Assembly (NCBI RefSeq): GCF_000150275.1
Contig: NW_002060943.1
Coordinates: 2,632,462-2,696,461, forward strand
DNA: 64,000 nucleotides
Reading direction: 5' to 3'
Origin: Trichoplax adhaerens
Taxonomy: Eukaryota > Animalia > Placozoa
Made by a program: the position numbers and the translations under genes. Below, piece after piece: positions 52,707 through 64,000 of this stretch (the stretch's first letter is position 1; each line of letters begins with the position of its first letter). Under the pieces are notes generated by a model, which saw only the letters and a program-made list of their open reading frames with translations, was not told where the DNA came from and ran no database searches.

Positions 52707-54737
52707 TCAATAAATCCATAGCCATCTGTTCTAAAATTGATAACGAAGTATTCGAATAATATACTTAGATTGAACATACGCTTACTTATATGAACAATTT
52801 ATCAAACATTATCCCAGAAAGTTTCAAATAGAAATGACAATTTCTGACAAAGAAACCCTTTTGAATGTATACTTGATTAGAACGAATAGACCTAATTAAT
52901 TTTTTGTTTTAAATATATCAAATTAATTAACTGATTCGGTGATTTTTTAAAGTATTAAAAGTATTTTGATTATCAATTAAAATTAAGAAATCATTGTGCT
53001 CATAAACATGATTTTTTACAGTTTTATATAAGTCTATAAAGTAGACAAATAGCAGTTTTTTTGGATAAATTCCATTAAATTTAAAAAATTTTTGCTATTC
53101 AATAAATTAAACATCTTATTGACATAATATTCAGTTCTCAGTTATTGTCTACTTAATTAATATCATAATCTAATTGTTATTAAATGATTATTTTCTAAGT
53201 ACATTATCGTATCTGTCCCCTAAAAGACTATTGACTAGGTACAATTTGGTTTTGGTTAAGTTACGGTAATTAAAATAATTTTCTATGAATGCAATTTCAT
53301 CCACTTTGATGGTTACTTAAATTGTATAAACTCCAGATCGTTATTTCGATAGAATACAGTGATAGTATTCTATATTAGATATAAAATAATGTACTGCGTT
53401 AAATGGTCAAGAGCTGTATACCGCTGCACACCTATTGACACTAACAAATACGCTGATTAAGATAACCTGCTCATAATCATCATAATTTAAAGCTATCGTT
53501 TTCATTCCATTTTTTAATTACCGCGGATGCTATTAATTTATGTATGAAAGAATAGGAGTATGAAGTTCAATGGATAATAACTGAATTATCCAGTTTAGTT
53601 ACGGTGATTAATTTCACTTGAAATTAAGATTGATTAATATTGAATAATAATTATTCGTCTTCAACATTGTTATTTCTTGATGTTTTCAAGTATTTTCCAA
53701 ATCTACTCTTAGATTACAGCATATGATAAATACCACAGAAATGTAGCTTTAAGAAAATATTTGCTGTAGTTTACTGCATGTTGGAAGCCTCGATTAAGAT
53801 TTATTGGAGATTCTAGTCATGGATGATATATATGCATTCTTGACCAGTTTAGATACATGACACTATTGAATATCTTATATAAGTTTTCTGTCTAAGGTAC
53901 ATCGCTAAGGTACTAAACAAGCGTTATTTAAATACGTCATTAATGATTGAATATTCTAGCACAATCTATTAAAATCAAATCAAATTACCGACTATGTAAA
54001 CCAATGTTAAGGATTTTTACATGCTTATATCATATGTTTGAATTAGTAAATTTTAAAGGTAAGTGATATACGTAAATAACTAATTTATTTAATTTAAATT
54101 TTACGCTTATTTTAAATCTTAATATTAATTCCTCAATTTATAACTTGTAATTGACATAGACAATAGCACAGCAGCTGTAAGTAGTGCACATATAATAATT
54201 ATCATGAAATAACCAAGTTTTAATTTTGGAATAGCTAACGTTAGTCAAATCATGACACGATTCAATGCGCATAACTCACATTATCTGCATGATTGAGTAT
54301 AGCTAAGCTTTAATTAAAATCACACGGTGGTACTTGATATATTATAATTTAATAACTAATTTCTAAGAAAGAGAATAAATACAAGATCTATGCTGTAAAA
54401 TGTTCATGTCTTTATAAGAATCCAATATATTTCATTACTTCAGATAGCTATTCATTTATATTATAATTGCATGAAATTATTCAAAATTCTACTGTAGCTG
54501 CTAAATAGGATTGCATATAGGCTCATGTTTAAACATTTAGTCAAACAATAATACATCAACCGGGTAGATATGTTTAATTGAGATTTTACTATCAGAAACA
54601 ACAATTCTTGAAGCGATTAACATTAAAGCTTTGCTTATTTAGGATGCTCTATTATAATTATTTCTGATTGTGATCATGCAGTATTGGATGACGTAAATTA
54701 ACCTAGTCAACTAATAACTAACTTATAATATCTATAA

Positions 54738-56966
54738 TTACAAGGCTACTGATTTGGTATAGCTATGATAACCTCCGTTTTGGTAAAATTTGTCATCATT
54801 AGCTTTGCTCTGACTTTTTTTCCAAAAGTAGATTACCCCTATAAGAAAAAACATCGCTAGAATAACAATTGGAATCCAGTAATAATTAGATAAAAATTGG
54901 GTTATAATAGCTCCAAAAGTTGCTGATACTGCTAGAAATGATTGAGCATAGCTAAAAGTTGGATTGAGAACAAGGTGACAGCGGCCTTTTTGATCGCAAT
55001 AACCTTTCGAATGGGAACATGCTGAACCTCGTAGGACATGCTTTCGACTGGTATTGGTGAATTTGGCTAGTTCTGATATGGCTGAGCATTGACCGAGAGA
55101 GTCTTGACAGCATAATTCACAATCTCTGCTAATATTGGAGCTCTTACACTGACTATAACCATGTTGCAAACATAATGAACCATTACAGTGACCATTTAGG
55201 CAGACTTTATAATCATCAAGACATGTTGTTATGATATTGGGCTTATTTTGAGCTGGTAGACAAGTTGATAAAAGTTGATTGCCGGTACAATGTGATGCAT
55301 AAGTACAAGCTGTTTCTGGAATACAAATGTACTTATCTTTCGTACTGTAGTACATTCCTGTAGCATTGTTATAGCATGGATTGCTAGTAATATTGCAGGA
55401 AATAGTTGATTTAAGTTTGCAAGGAACATACAGAAATCCATTAGGTTGAGTATAAGGTGTATCCTGGATGCGAAGATAGGGTGGGTTACAACAAGGCTGA
55501 TTGCAATGTCCGTAGTAACCACAATCGCATTCTTCACCAGGATCGATGATTCCGTTACCACATGTAGGTACGGGATGATGTTTAAAACAGCCAACTGATG
55601 ACTTACCACGAACTAAGTGAGGTGCAATCTGAGACTTGCTGCATATCGAGAATTCATCATTATTAGGTAAATCGATCGATTCTGATTTTGCCGTCATTAA
55701 GTACAAGCCTTGCTTTTTTGGGCTGCAAGTTGTATTATCTGCAGGATCATGGTCAGCACCATAAGAATGTCCAATTTCATGAGCCCAGACTAAAAGTATG
55801 CGTGCATAGGGCATAATATGCCTACGGAATAAATTACTTACAATCCCGGTATTAAATCCAAGCCTCAAATGAAAGAAAGTACCAAAATAGGAACAAACAC
55901 CAGCATCACCTGGAGTTGGACTTTGGAATGCAATTCCCAATGCACCTCCGCTGAAATTTCGAGCTGATAAAGCAAAAAATAAGCAATAATCGGTGTTATT
56001 TTCAGCAGAAGCGGCTAAGATATAGTCAACTGATGAGCCAATAGTTCCGGAATAAGGATTATTGCTAGCGTAGCGATCGCTAGTTGTGTTAATTTTTAAC
56101 CGTCCGAATAAAACGTTAACCCCATCGCCACGACCGTTACCGTCGAAATCAATTGGACGATACAACTGATTAATTCCTTGTAATAAGATACTGACAGAAA
56201 TGGCCACATTTGATGGAGTGCGATGTAATTCTGTATAGGTATGATCTACATGAATCAAAATATCGCACGCCATCGGTGCACTAGCTGCATTAGCAGTCCG
56301 TTTTATACGTTCATGATCTATGAATTCATCATCAAATTGTAGTCGATTATCCGGATTTGGTCTTAATATATCGAAATATTTATTAGCATTATTCGAAATC
56401 GATCTTGAACTTCTACCTGTTGTCTCTTCATCATTTTTAGAAGTTAAATTTTTAAGCGATATCACATCATTTAATGCATAAATGATAAATTGATCAGTAG
56501 ATACATTTGAAAAGTAAAGTTCAGCAGGCTCAATAAAATAGTGTGTCCGATTGTAACGAATGTGACCCTGAAACGCCCCATTAACATGTAGATAGCCATA
56601 TACATTGGACATAACATTATCAGCGACAAATCCAGTAACAAGGCGACGTCGATTGAATTTATCGTCGTTGTAATTACTTCCATTACTATAAATGATGTCA
56701 AAATCAGAGGAATATAATGTACGGTCAGTGGTGCACTTTAGAATAAACTGTTGTTGATAAGCCGTAAAGTTAATGGTTACCCATGTTGATTCGATTTGTT
56801 GTGGTCGATTATTGATCTTTGGAAATGTAATAACTTCATAATATCGCAACTGCTTATCGATTGGCATAAAATCAGGTCGTGCAGGATAACCTGTAATGCC
56901 ATGGCTTGAAATAAGAGTGAGTACTGTGATTACGATGAATATGGAGTTTATAACCATTTTGGCCAT
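54738..56966 (-). CDS. ADAM10/ADAM17-like (kuzbanian-type) metalloprotease, single exon, 742 aa
   Basis: Signal peptide, prodomain (LRYYE; FQGHIRY...YFIEPA), furin site RIKR, zinc motif HEIGHSYGADHD, Met-turn LYLM, FSICS, disintegrin CGNGIIDPGEECDCG, cysteine-rich GSACSHSKGYCD...C, transmembrane helix (YWIPIVILAMFFLIGVIYF) and a short tail. Confidence 0.93.
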   Translation of the reverse strand: MAKMVINSIFIVITVLTLISSHGITGYPARPDFMPIDKQLRYYEVITFPKINNRPQQIESTWVTINFTAYQQQFILKCTTDRTLYSSDFDIIYSNGSNYNDDKFNRRRLVTGFVADNVMSNVYGYLHVNGAFQGHIRYNRTHYFIEPAELYFSNVSTDQFIIYALNDVISLKNLTSKNDEETTGRSSRSISNNANKYFDILRPNPDNRLQFDDEFIDHERIKRTANAASAPMACDILIHVDHTYTELHRTPSNVAISVSILLQGINQLYRPIDFDGNGRGDGVNVLFGRLKINTTSDRYASNNPYSGTIGSSVDYILAASAENNTDYCLFFALSARNFSGGALGIAFQSPTPGDAGVCSYFGTFFHLRLGFNTGIVSNLFRRHIMPYARILLVWAHEIGHSYGADHDPADNTTCSPKKQGLYLMTAKSESIDLPNNDEFSICSKSQIAPHLVRGKSSVGCFKHHPVPTCGNGIIDPGEECDCGYYGHCNQPCCNPPYLRIQDTPYTQPNGFLYVPCKLKSTISCNITSNPCYNNATGMYYSTKDKYICIPETACTYASHCTGNQLLSTCLPAQNKPNIITTCLDDYKVCLNGHCNGSLCLQHGYSQCKSSNISRDCELCCQDSLGQCSAISELAKFTNTSRKHVLRGSACSHSKGYCDQKGRCHLVLNPTFSYAQSFLAVSATFGAIITQFLSNYYWIPIVILAMFFLIGVIYFWKKSQSKANDDKFYQNGGYHSYTKSVAL

Positions 56967-59900
56967 ATCATCAAAACTTGGATATGAAAATTTTAGTTAA
57001 ACAGGAGCAGATTGATGAAATGTGAAAATAGCTGTCCCTGCAATTTTCCTTCTTATTAATAGTATCCCAAATAAATTTTCGTATGTTATTAATATATTTA
57101 TTAATGTTATTATGCTATCAATGCAAAGTAAACAGAATGCTTATTTCCATCAAATTGATGCTAAAATAGAGAAAAATAAAATGACGTCTCACCACCAAGA
57201 GGGTAATTACTTGTTTACCAGTTTAATGCAACCGTTTTAGGTAATAATATTGACGGTTACTATGAAAAGAAAAAATAATCTAGAGGTCAGTATGGATAAC
57301 AAAATGCAATTGAAATGAAATGTTACTATATTGTTACGATGACCAGTCAATTTTATTGGTCAATGATGAAGATGAAAGATTAATTATGAATCAATCTTAT
57401 TACGGTGTATATTTAGCATAATGTTCAAATCGTGCTAAGAAATAAGGAAACAATATCATTACAAATCAAAATCAGGTGGAATCAATTACGGTATTGACTA
57501 TCAAATCTTACATGACAAGAAATAAATTATATAAACAGCCTTATTAAATTGAACATCTGTAGACGATAGATTGGTTAAATTGACATCATTTTTAAGGCTA
57601 ATGACTTACATTTGATCGTTATTAATACGATTAGATCAATTCTGTTTTCTAAGTCACGTTGATAACTTTTCCTACAGTAGCTTTATTTACTCTAATAAAT
57701 AGCTCAATCCTTAACACGTAGTACCTAACCGCTTCCTCTGTAGTTTGGAAAAAGATCTATGTCAATAAACAACTCTTAAATAATTTTTAAACAGATAGAG
57801 GCAGAACTTGAGCTTATGTAATTTTACTAACCGTAATAGGTACAATAGCTAATTATAACTATTATAATGTTATCTATCTTTGGTGGCTAATTATCTATTG
57901 TTAAAGTGGAACGCTCTCAATACAAACGTTAATGGTAGTTGTATTAAGTATTTTTCCTATTTATTTTGTTATGCTAACATTAATTAGCTGATTATTCAAA
58001 ATCACTCTCTTTGATGTTCACCAAACAAATAATGACATGATAATTAAGAGGTCATAAATGCTGTAGTTTTTGGCAAATCTGAACGTTATCTTCGTCAATG
58101 TCGGGAATTAGAAGTAAAAAAGGCCATCAATTAAGACAGATAAAGTAAGAAGAGTTATTTTAACTTCTTCCATGATTCTACAAACTGTATGATTAAACGT
58201 AATATACGGCAGTTATGAGATAAAATAAATGAAATTTCTCTGTTTGAACCATTGATAATTTATTGTAAGATCAGATGCTGGACATGATATTACAGATAAT
58301 TGAAAGCAGTCATTGATTAACCCTAACGGTAATTCGATCGACGCCACTTTCATTAATTTTATCAATAGCTAGACTAATATGTTGATGATCTAAACTTATT
58401 ATCTTTTAGATTGCATGTAATACAATAAGTAAACCTATCAATTTACTAATCCTGTTGATTTATCGCTTAATTCACGGAAAAATAGCGGAATAAGTGGTAT
58501 TTCTGATGCAAGAAATATCGTTAGTTGGTCTTAAGGTCTACGGAAATGTATAAAACTGCCGGTAAGATTGCACATAAGAAACGACATCATCTTTACTCCC
58601 CTGGTGTTGATTCGAGCACGTGATATTTTAAAAGTAATTAAACTTAAAACTTACAGTTACAAACTATTGTGGAATGATATAGTTTCCATTCAATTTATAA
58701 TTCTATATGCTAGTAATTCAACGCTTTAATCCGATTTCATTCTCATAAAAATGCACCTTCGTGGCAGTAAGCAATTCTGTACCTTTTCATAAGTAATTTT
58801 GCCTAAGGCATTAAAACTGTATAAGAGTTCTTTTATTCCTCATACAATATAATAATATATGGGTATAATAATATAGCGAAGATAAAATGGAAGCCGCAAG
58901 TGTTTGTAAAATTAATTCAAATATGAATACAATAGTTGCAAACGTCCAAATCTTCCGGTACAACTACAAGATAGATTTCTAGGACGGAATCACTGTCCAA
59001 GTTTTAGATAAGTATGATGTTGCAAGGGCTACTGCACTACGGTAAGCCTGGTCAAATTGCACGTTGATTTTTTTCCGCATATACAATAAAGCGCAGCTCA
59101 GAATTAAAGAAACATTATCATTATTATTACATAAGTTGTTATTAGATAATTTTCTAGCACTAGTATATTGTAATTTTAGATTAGCTAAAATCACCTTCTT
59201 ATCTTAACATACTAGCCATGCCCCCATACTAATAACTGCATGATCAAGCTAAAGTTTACATTTCTTTACGTTCAATTACAGCATTAATCTTATACAAGAA
59301 ATTATACATGTTACACAAATAAAATAACTAATATTCATATGCTTTTATTATCGGAAAGAATACAAAATAGACAATGTATCCTTTGTTGATCAGATAGAAA
59401 CTTTTATTCCATATTTAAATTAGAAAGTGTACTGTGTACATACTTTATATAAATCTATGCACTATTTACACATCATTGGGACTTTTATATATTTTTGATG
59501 GAAAATAATGTTATGCAAAAAATTTCATCTAATTACTAATTATTAAATGATTACCGTTTCTCTTGCCACATTTTTTCGCAGAAAAAAACTGAATACTCTT
59601 ATATGTATGCTACCTAAGGCTTATTCTAGTAATTGGCTACTAGTTATTGAACCCGTACGCGGTAATTGTTATTTAATGAAGCATATACTATTTCCACATC
59701 CGAATTTTTAAGTGAACATACCGGAATTATTTGTCGCTGTAAACATTACATCTATAAGCCTAAGAGCTTCAGGTTGGGGTCGGATTAGGCGAGCTAAATT
59801 CATTTCGGAGTTTAAATGAGCAGGAAGGAAGTTGTAGGACACAATCTTGTGGATATCAACAAGAGCAAAAGTTAAGTAAATTGTAGCCTGTTAAAATAGC

Positions 59901-62888
59901 TCTTATAGACTGTACTGTACTACTATATGACAGTGTGACACAGAGCTGTTTAATCTTCATTTTTTAGTTATTAGAAGCTACTACAATCTGATATATTTAC
60001 CTCAAAGTATTGCTAGAAAATAATGTAAATATAGTATACCCGTACATCTTAGTCAAGGCTATCTGCAGATTGCTTATTATATCATCTTATTAACTTATAG
60101 TTTAGTTAATTTGTGATTGTAGGAATAATTTTAAAATCATTTATATTGATCCTCTTAACGTAGTATTTTTAAATTTCACGGAGACGAAGTCCAAATAGCT
60201 GCACTAATCAAGATATATTTTATTACAAACAGCCTAGAAATTGCTATAGTATACTTTCTAATTCACAATTTTGTAGTAGCTGTTTGACGCCTTGACCTGG
60301 GTCAATAAGCCTGAATCAGGAGTAAATTCCGATAGACCACATCCATTCTTTACGCTTGTTCATAACTAATAGCAGTATGTCATCACTTTGTAACTGATAA
60401 AGCGTCTCAATTCTATATCGAGCTATTTGTAGTGCAGTCGTATTTACGTATTTTTCCAGTTCGTATACGTATTCATCAAACCGAAATTAGCGTAGTTGAT
60501 AAATTCACTTCGTTTACGTTTTCGCTAAAATTTATTTTGAATGATACATACTGGTGACATTTATCCTCGACTGTTTTGTAACTATCTATCTATTGATTAA
60601 GAAATGAACTGAAAAGATTAGTATTTTAATAGTGATTGAAGATAATTAGGCTATAAAACGGCCTATCATGACAACTACTGACTATATTTATTGGCTCTTT
60701 TTTTATTGCTTTGAAATATAAGAAGCAGAGGTATAAGCGTAATGCTTCCCTTTTAATATCAAGCAATATAGTATATTCGGAATTAGAATTGTAAAGGTAA
60801 TATTGTAACTAATTTTATGATTCTAGATCTATATTAGTGCTTAAAGATTTTATTGTATTAATTTAGATATGAGCTATATTATATAGATTTCGACGTATTG
60901 GTATCAACATGATGATACTTTTACTAGTTTCGATAGATGTCCATAAGTATGATGTTTTGGGTCGGAAGGTGTTAAATAGTAAGCATCGGAAGTAATTCCG
61001 TTATAATTGGTTTTGCTTTTAACTTCAGGCCTTTAATCTTATTTGTAATAATCTCAAAATCAAGCTCAGCCTCATTTAAACAGGATTGCACTCTACATGT
61101 CTATAATATAGCGTTCTGAGCCTAATGTCATAAAGGGAGAACAGAATTGTAGTTAAACAGAGATACTAATCTTTTAAAATAAGTTAGAGCATGCATGTAA
61201 TACAAAATTAATCACGATCAGAACATGATCTGATCTATAATTAATTAGGTATCTAACTGAAATGTATTATCATACTATACAAGGTGTGTTAAGATATTAG
61301 CTGTTAATTGAGCTATACTGCTTTCATTATACAACTAATTTCTCGCTAGTGCATTATGTGCTGTAGTGCCGCATAAATTTTAAGATTCTTTCAGTATTGA
61401 CTAGCTAAGTAATACTCTAGTTATGAGTCCTAAGTACTATAGAAAGTAATAGTAATTTGTATGATGATTCTACAGTCTTAAGTATCAGGATAATTATCCG
61501 GCTTATTTTAGTGTCGTTTCTGGGTTCGATTGATTTTCAAGTAAGGGATTACTATATAGAGAATAGAGAATCTTAGATATATGATTTGTATGGAATTGTG
61601 ATTGATTAAAGTCTGATTATTCAGTTTATCTTAACCACTTTCGACTGTTCTTATGAGGGAGGAGAAGTGATTTACGACGGATCTCCCAGAGCATGGTTTG
61701 CATAGCGGTTTAATAAACCTTTTGAATTTGAAGGCTATATCTATATCGGCTATTCTTATTGTGAGATAGGATAGTGTTTAGCTAATTCTAGCAAATTGAT
61801 CAAATATAAGTGAAGTGTAGTAAGAGAGATCTTATATGTGCATAAATTATTCTTATCACACCAAAGAGTATACCTTAAAAATCATCGTAAGGTAATAGAA
61901 GGTTATCAACCCCTACCGTCTATAAATTAATATAACTTTGAGAACTAATTTTGAAACTGCTAAAACATGGCTATGCATTGTTCATATATTAACGTAATAT
62001 ACAAATTTTTAAGCAATGGCAGCAATTAGTGAATATTGCTATGAAGGAATATATTTCTTATTTTGCCTGTAAAACAGTAAAATATTATTCATATTTAGAG
62101 ATAAAATCAATTATTGAATTGGATATGGAATTATTATAATAATTTTTGACAACAGTCCTATTGATACTAATTGGTATTGCCTTAAAAGTAGAATATTATG
62201 CCGTTACAATAATATATTTGCAGTAATTCTATTCTAATGAAGAATTTTGCCTCTAATAATGGCAGTAAAGTTGTGAGGAACTAAGCTAATACCATAATTT
62301 TTTGATATACATAAATATTACTATCAAGTCTTTGCACTTTATAGGAACCTTGTGCTATTGCGGTAGTTTCTTTCCTCGGAAATTTATAAGATAGCTACGT
62401 AATTCTTAGTAATACAAAATCTGTATAATGTCGTCATAACTTCATAATCCTATTATCTTTGTCTTTCATATACCGTAACCAAAGCATTTATTGACAAATG
62501 TGAGCCGTTGGAAGGTTAAAATTTACAAGGAGCGATAATACAAGCCGTAATTATTACAGTATTTTAATTTCTTATATAGTAATAATAACGCTTACTGACT
62601 GATGAGGACATTTATTTACCTGCCTTACCATTATTAAGCTGGTAATGATTAGCAAAACATATAATCATCCCTAAACCATGTTGATATAATCAGCCGGAAG
62701 TAATATCAACCATGACGTTAATTCGGAACTATTACCACCCTCAATGTCAATATCACCGATAGCTAGCAGAAAAATAAAGTACAAGAGCATTGTAATCGTC
62801 ATAAATAACTGCCTGTTTTACTTATGACTACTATGATAGTAAGATGAAAGTAAGCAAGTGTTTTGTGTTATTTAAGACCTTTATTAAT

Positions 62889-63072
62889 TTGTAGATAGTA
62901 ATAATTTGTATGGCGTTTTTGTCAACGATGGCTAAAGTAATACGAGTTTAGTATTATTTTTGAAAATTGATTGCTAATATTTGTAGATACTAATAATTTG
63001 TATGACATTTTTGTGAATGATGACTAAAGCAATACGGGGTTAGTATTATTTTTGAAAATTAACCTCTAATAT
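62889..63072. repeat. Two-copy 92-bp tandem duplication
   Basis: TTGTAGATA(G/C)TAATAATTTGTATG...TTAGTATTATTTTTGAAAATT...CTAATAT at 62889-62980 and 62981-63072, roughly 85% identical by eye. Confidence 0.9.
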
Positions 63073-64000
63073 GGATGTTTTATCGGTTCACTGCATCTCA
63101 GTTAAGCGCCTTATTTGTCATAATTTAAGACCTTATAATATTTACTGTAAATTCTTTTCCAGCTGATTTTATTAAGTTATTGATCAAATTGATGAAGATA
63201 AAGATCGATAGACATAAAAAAAAGTGGAAAGGGATGCATACTACGTCATTAATCTGTCAAAATTTACCTAACTCGATTCAAATTTTGAAACGATATTTAT
63301 AGATTCAGTATAGATGTTTTATTCACTTCCAAAATATCTTTCCACCACCGTCAGTCATATCGTATCCTCGGGAGCATTCGTCTTGTATGAAAGAGTGAAT
63401 ATGATTCTGGCTTTTGCTTTAGTTCGTCGTCTTGTATCTAACTACTACAGTATCTACTGCGCATCTGATATCGCGGTTATATATTAGGATTATGATGCCG
63501 TAGTACTTTTGTAGTGTAGCGTTGATATCTATCATACTTTTTCAAAATTTCTTTCCATTATTATCACTTTTACCGTAAACGATATAATATTATATTCATA
63601 TGGCTTAGTTAATAACAATCTAGCCAATTATTTGAATGCAGTGATTTTTTGACCTCGTAACGAAATCAGCTATTATGAAGGAGCACTTTTATAAATTTAG
63701 AGTAAACATTTCTCTCTCTTCCAATTTTTTCCTTCTATTATTATCGTCCTTATCAAATATAGCTTAGCTATTGCTATAATTAACATGCTGAACACTTAAC
63801 TTTCAAGAAATATGATGATAAAATATAGTATGAAAACTCAATAAACGCTAACATTGAAGAGCTATCTTAAAGAAATGCAAAATAAATTTTTAGCGTGCGA
63901 TTTAATCCAATTATAAATTATCTGAATTTAACTCTTCTATTTAAGCCTAACAACAGTGGCCATCATCTAACATTTAAGTAGAACATTAAGATCCATTCGC

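Overview
This is AT-rich eukaryotic animal DNA with compact, intron-rich genes and GT-AG introns mostly 70-400 bp long. Style and gene content best fit a placozoan (Trichoplax-like) genome; that is inferred, not proven. I reconstructed eight protein-coding genes by hand: an intronless mTERF (-), an ARHGAP11-like RhoGAP (+), an LRPPRC-like PPR protein (-), a 128-aa orphan membrane protein (+), an Apaf-1-like CARD/NB-ARC/WD40 protein (+), stonin (-), an FMN/cappuccino-type formin (+) and an intronless ADAM10/17-like metalloprotease (-). The last ~7 kb is gene-poor. The main unexplained pattern is that all three head-to-head intergenic regions carry dense 5-bp-periodic ACTGN/TACAG repeat clusters with local duplications, while the Apaf-1-like and ADAM genes have none immediately upstream. 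Other points of interest are a decayed array of duplicated phase-1 microexons (one with an in-frame stop) between the CARD and NB-ARC exons, ARHGAP11-FMN and LRPPRC-STON linkage also seen in vertebrates, and substitutions in key functional motifs of the stonin, formin and ADAM. Exon boundaries are manual predictions.
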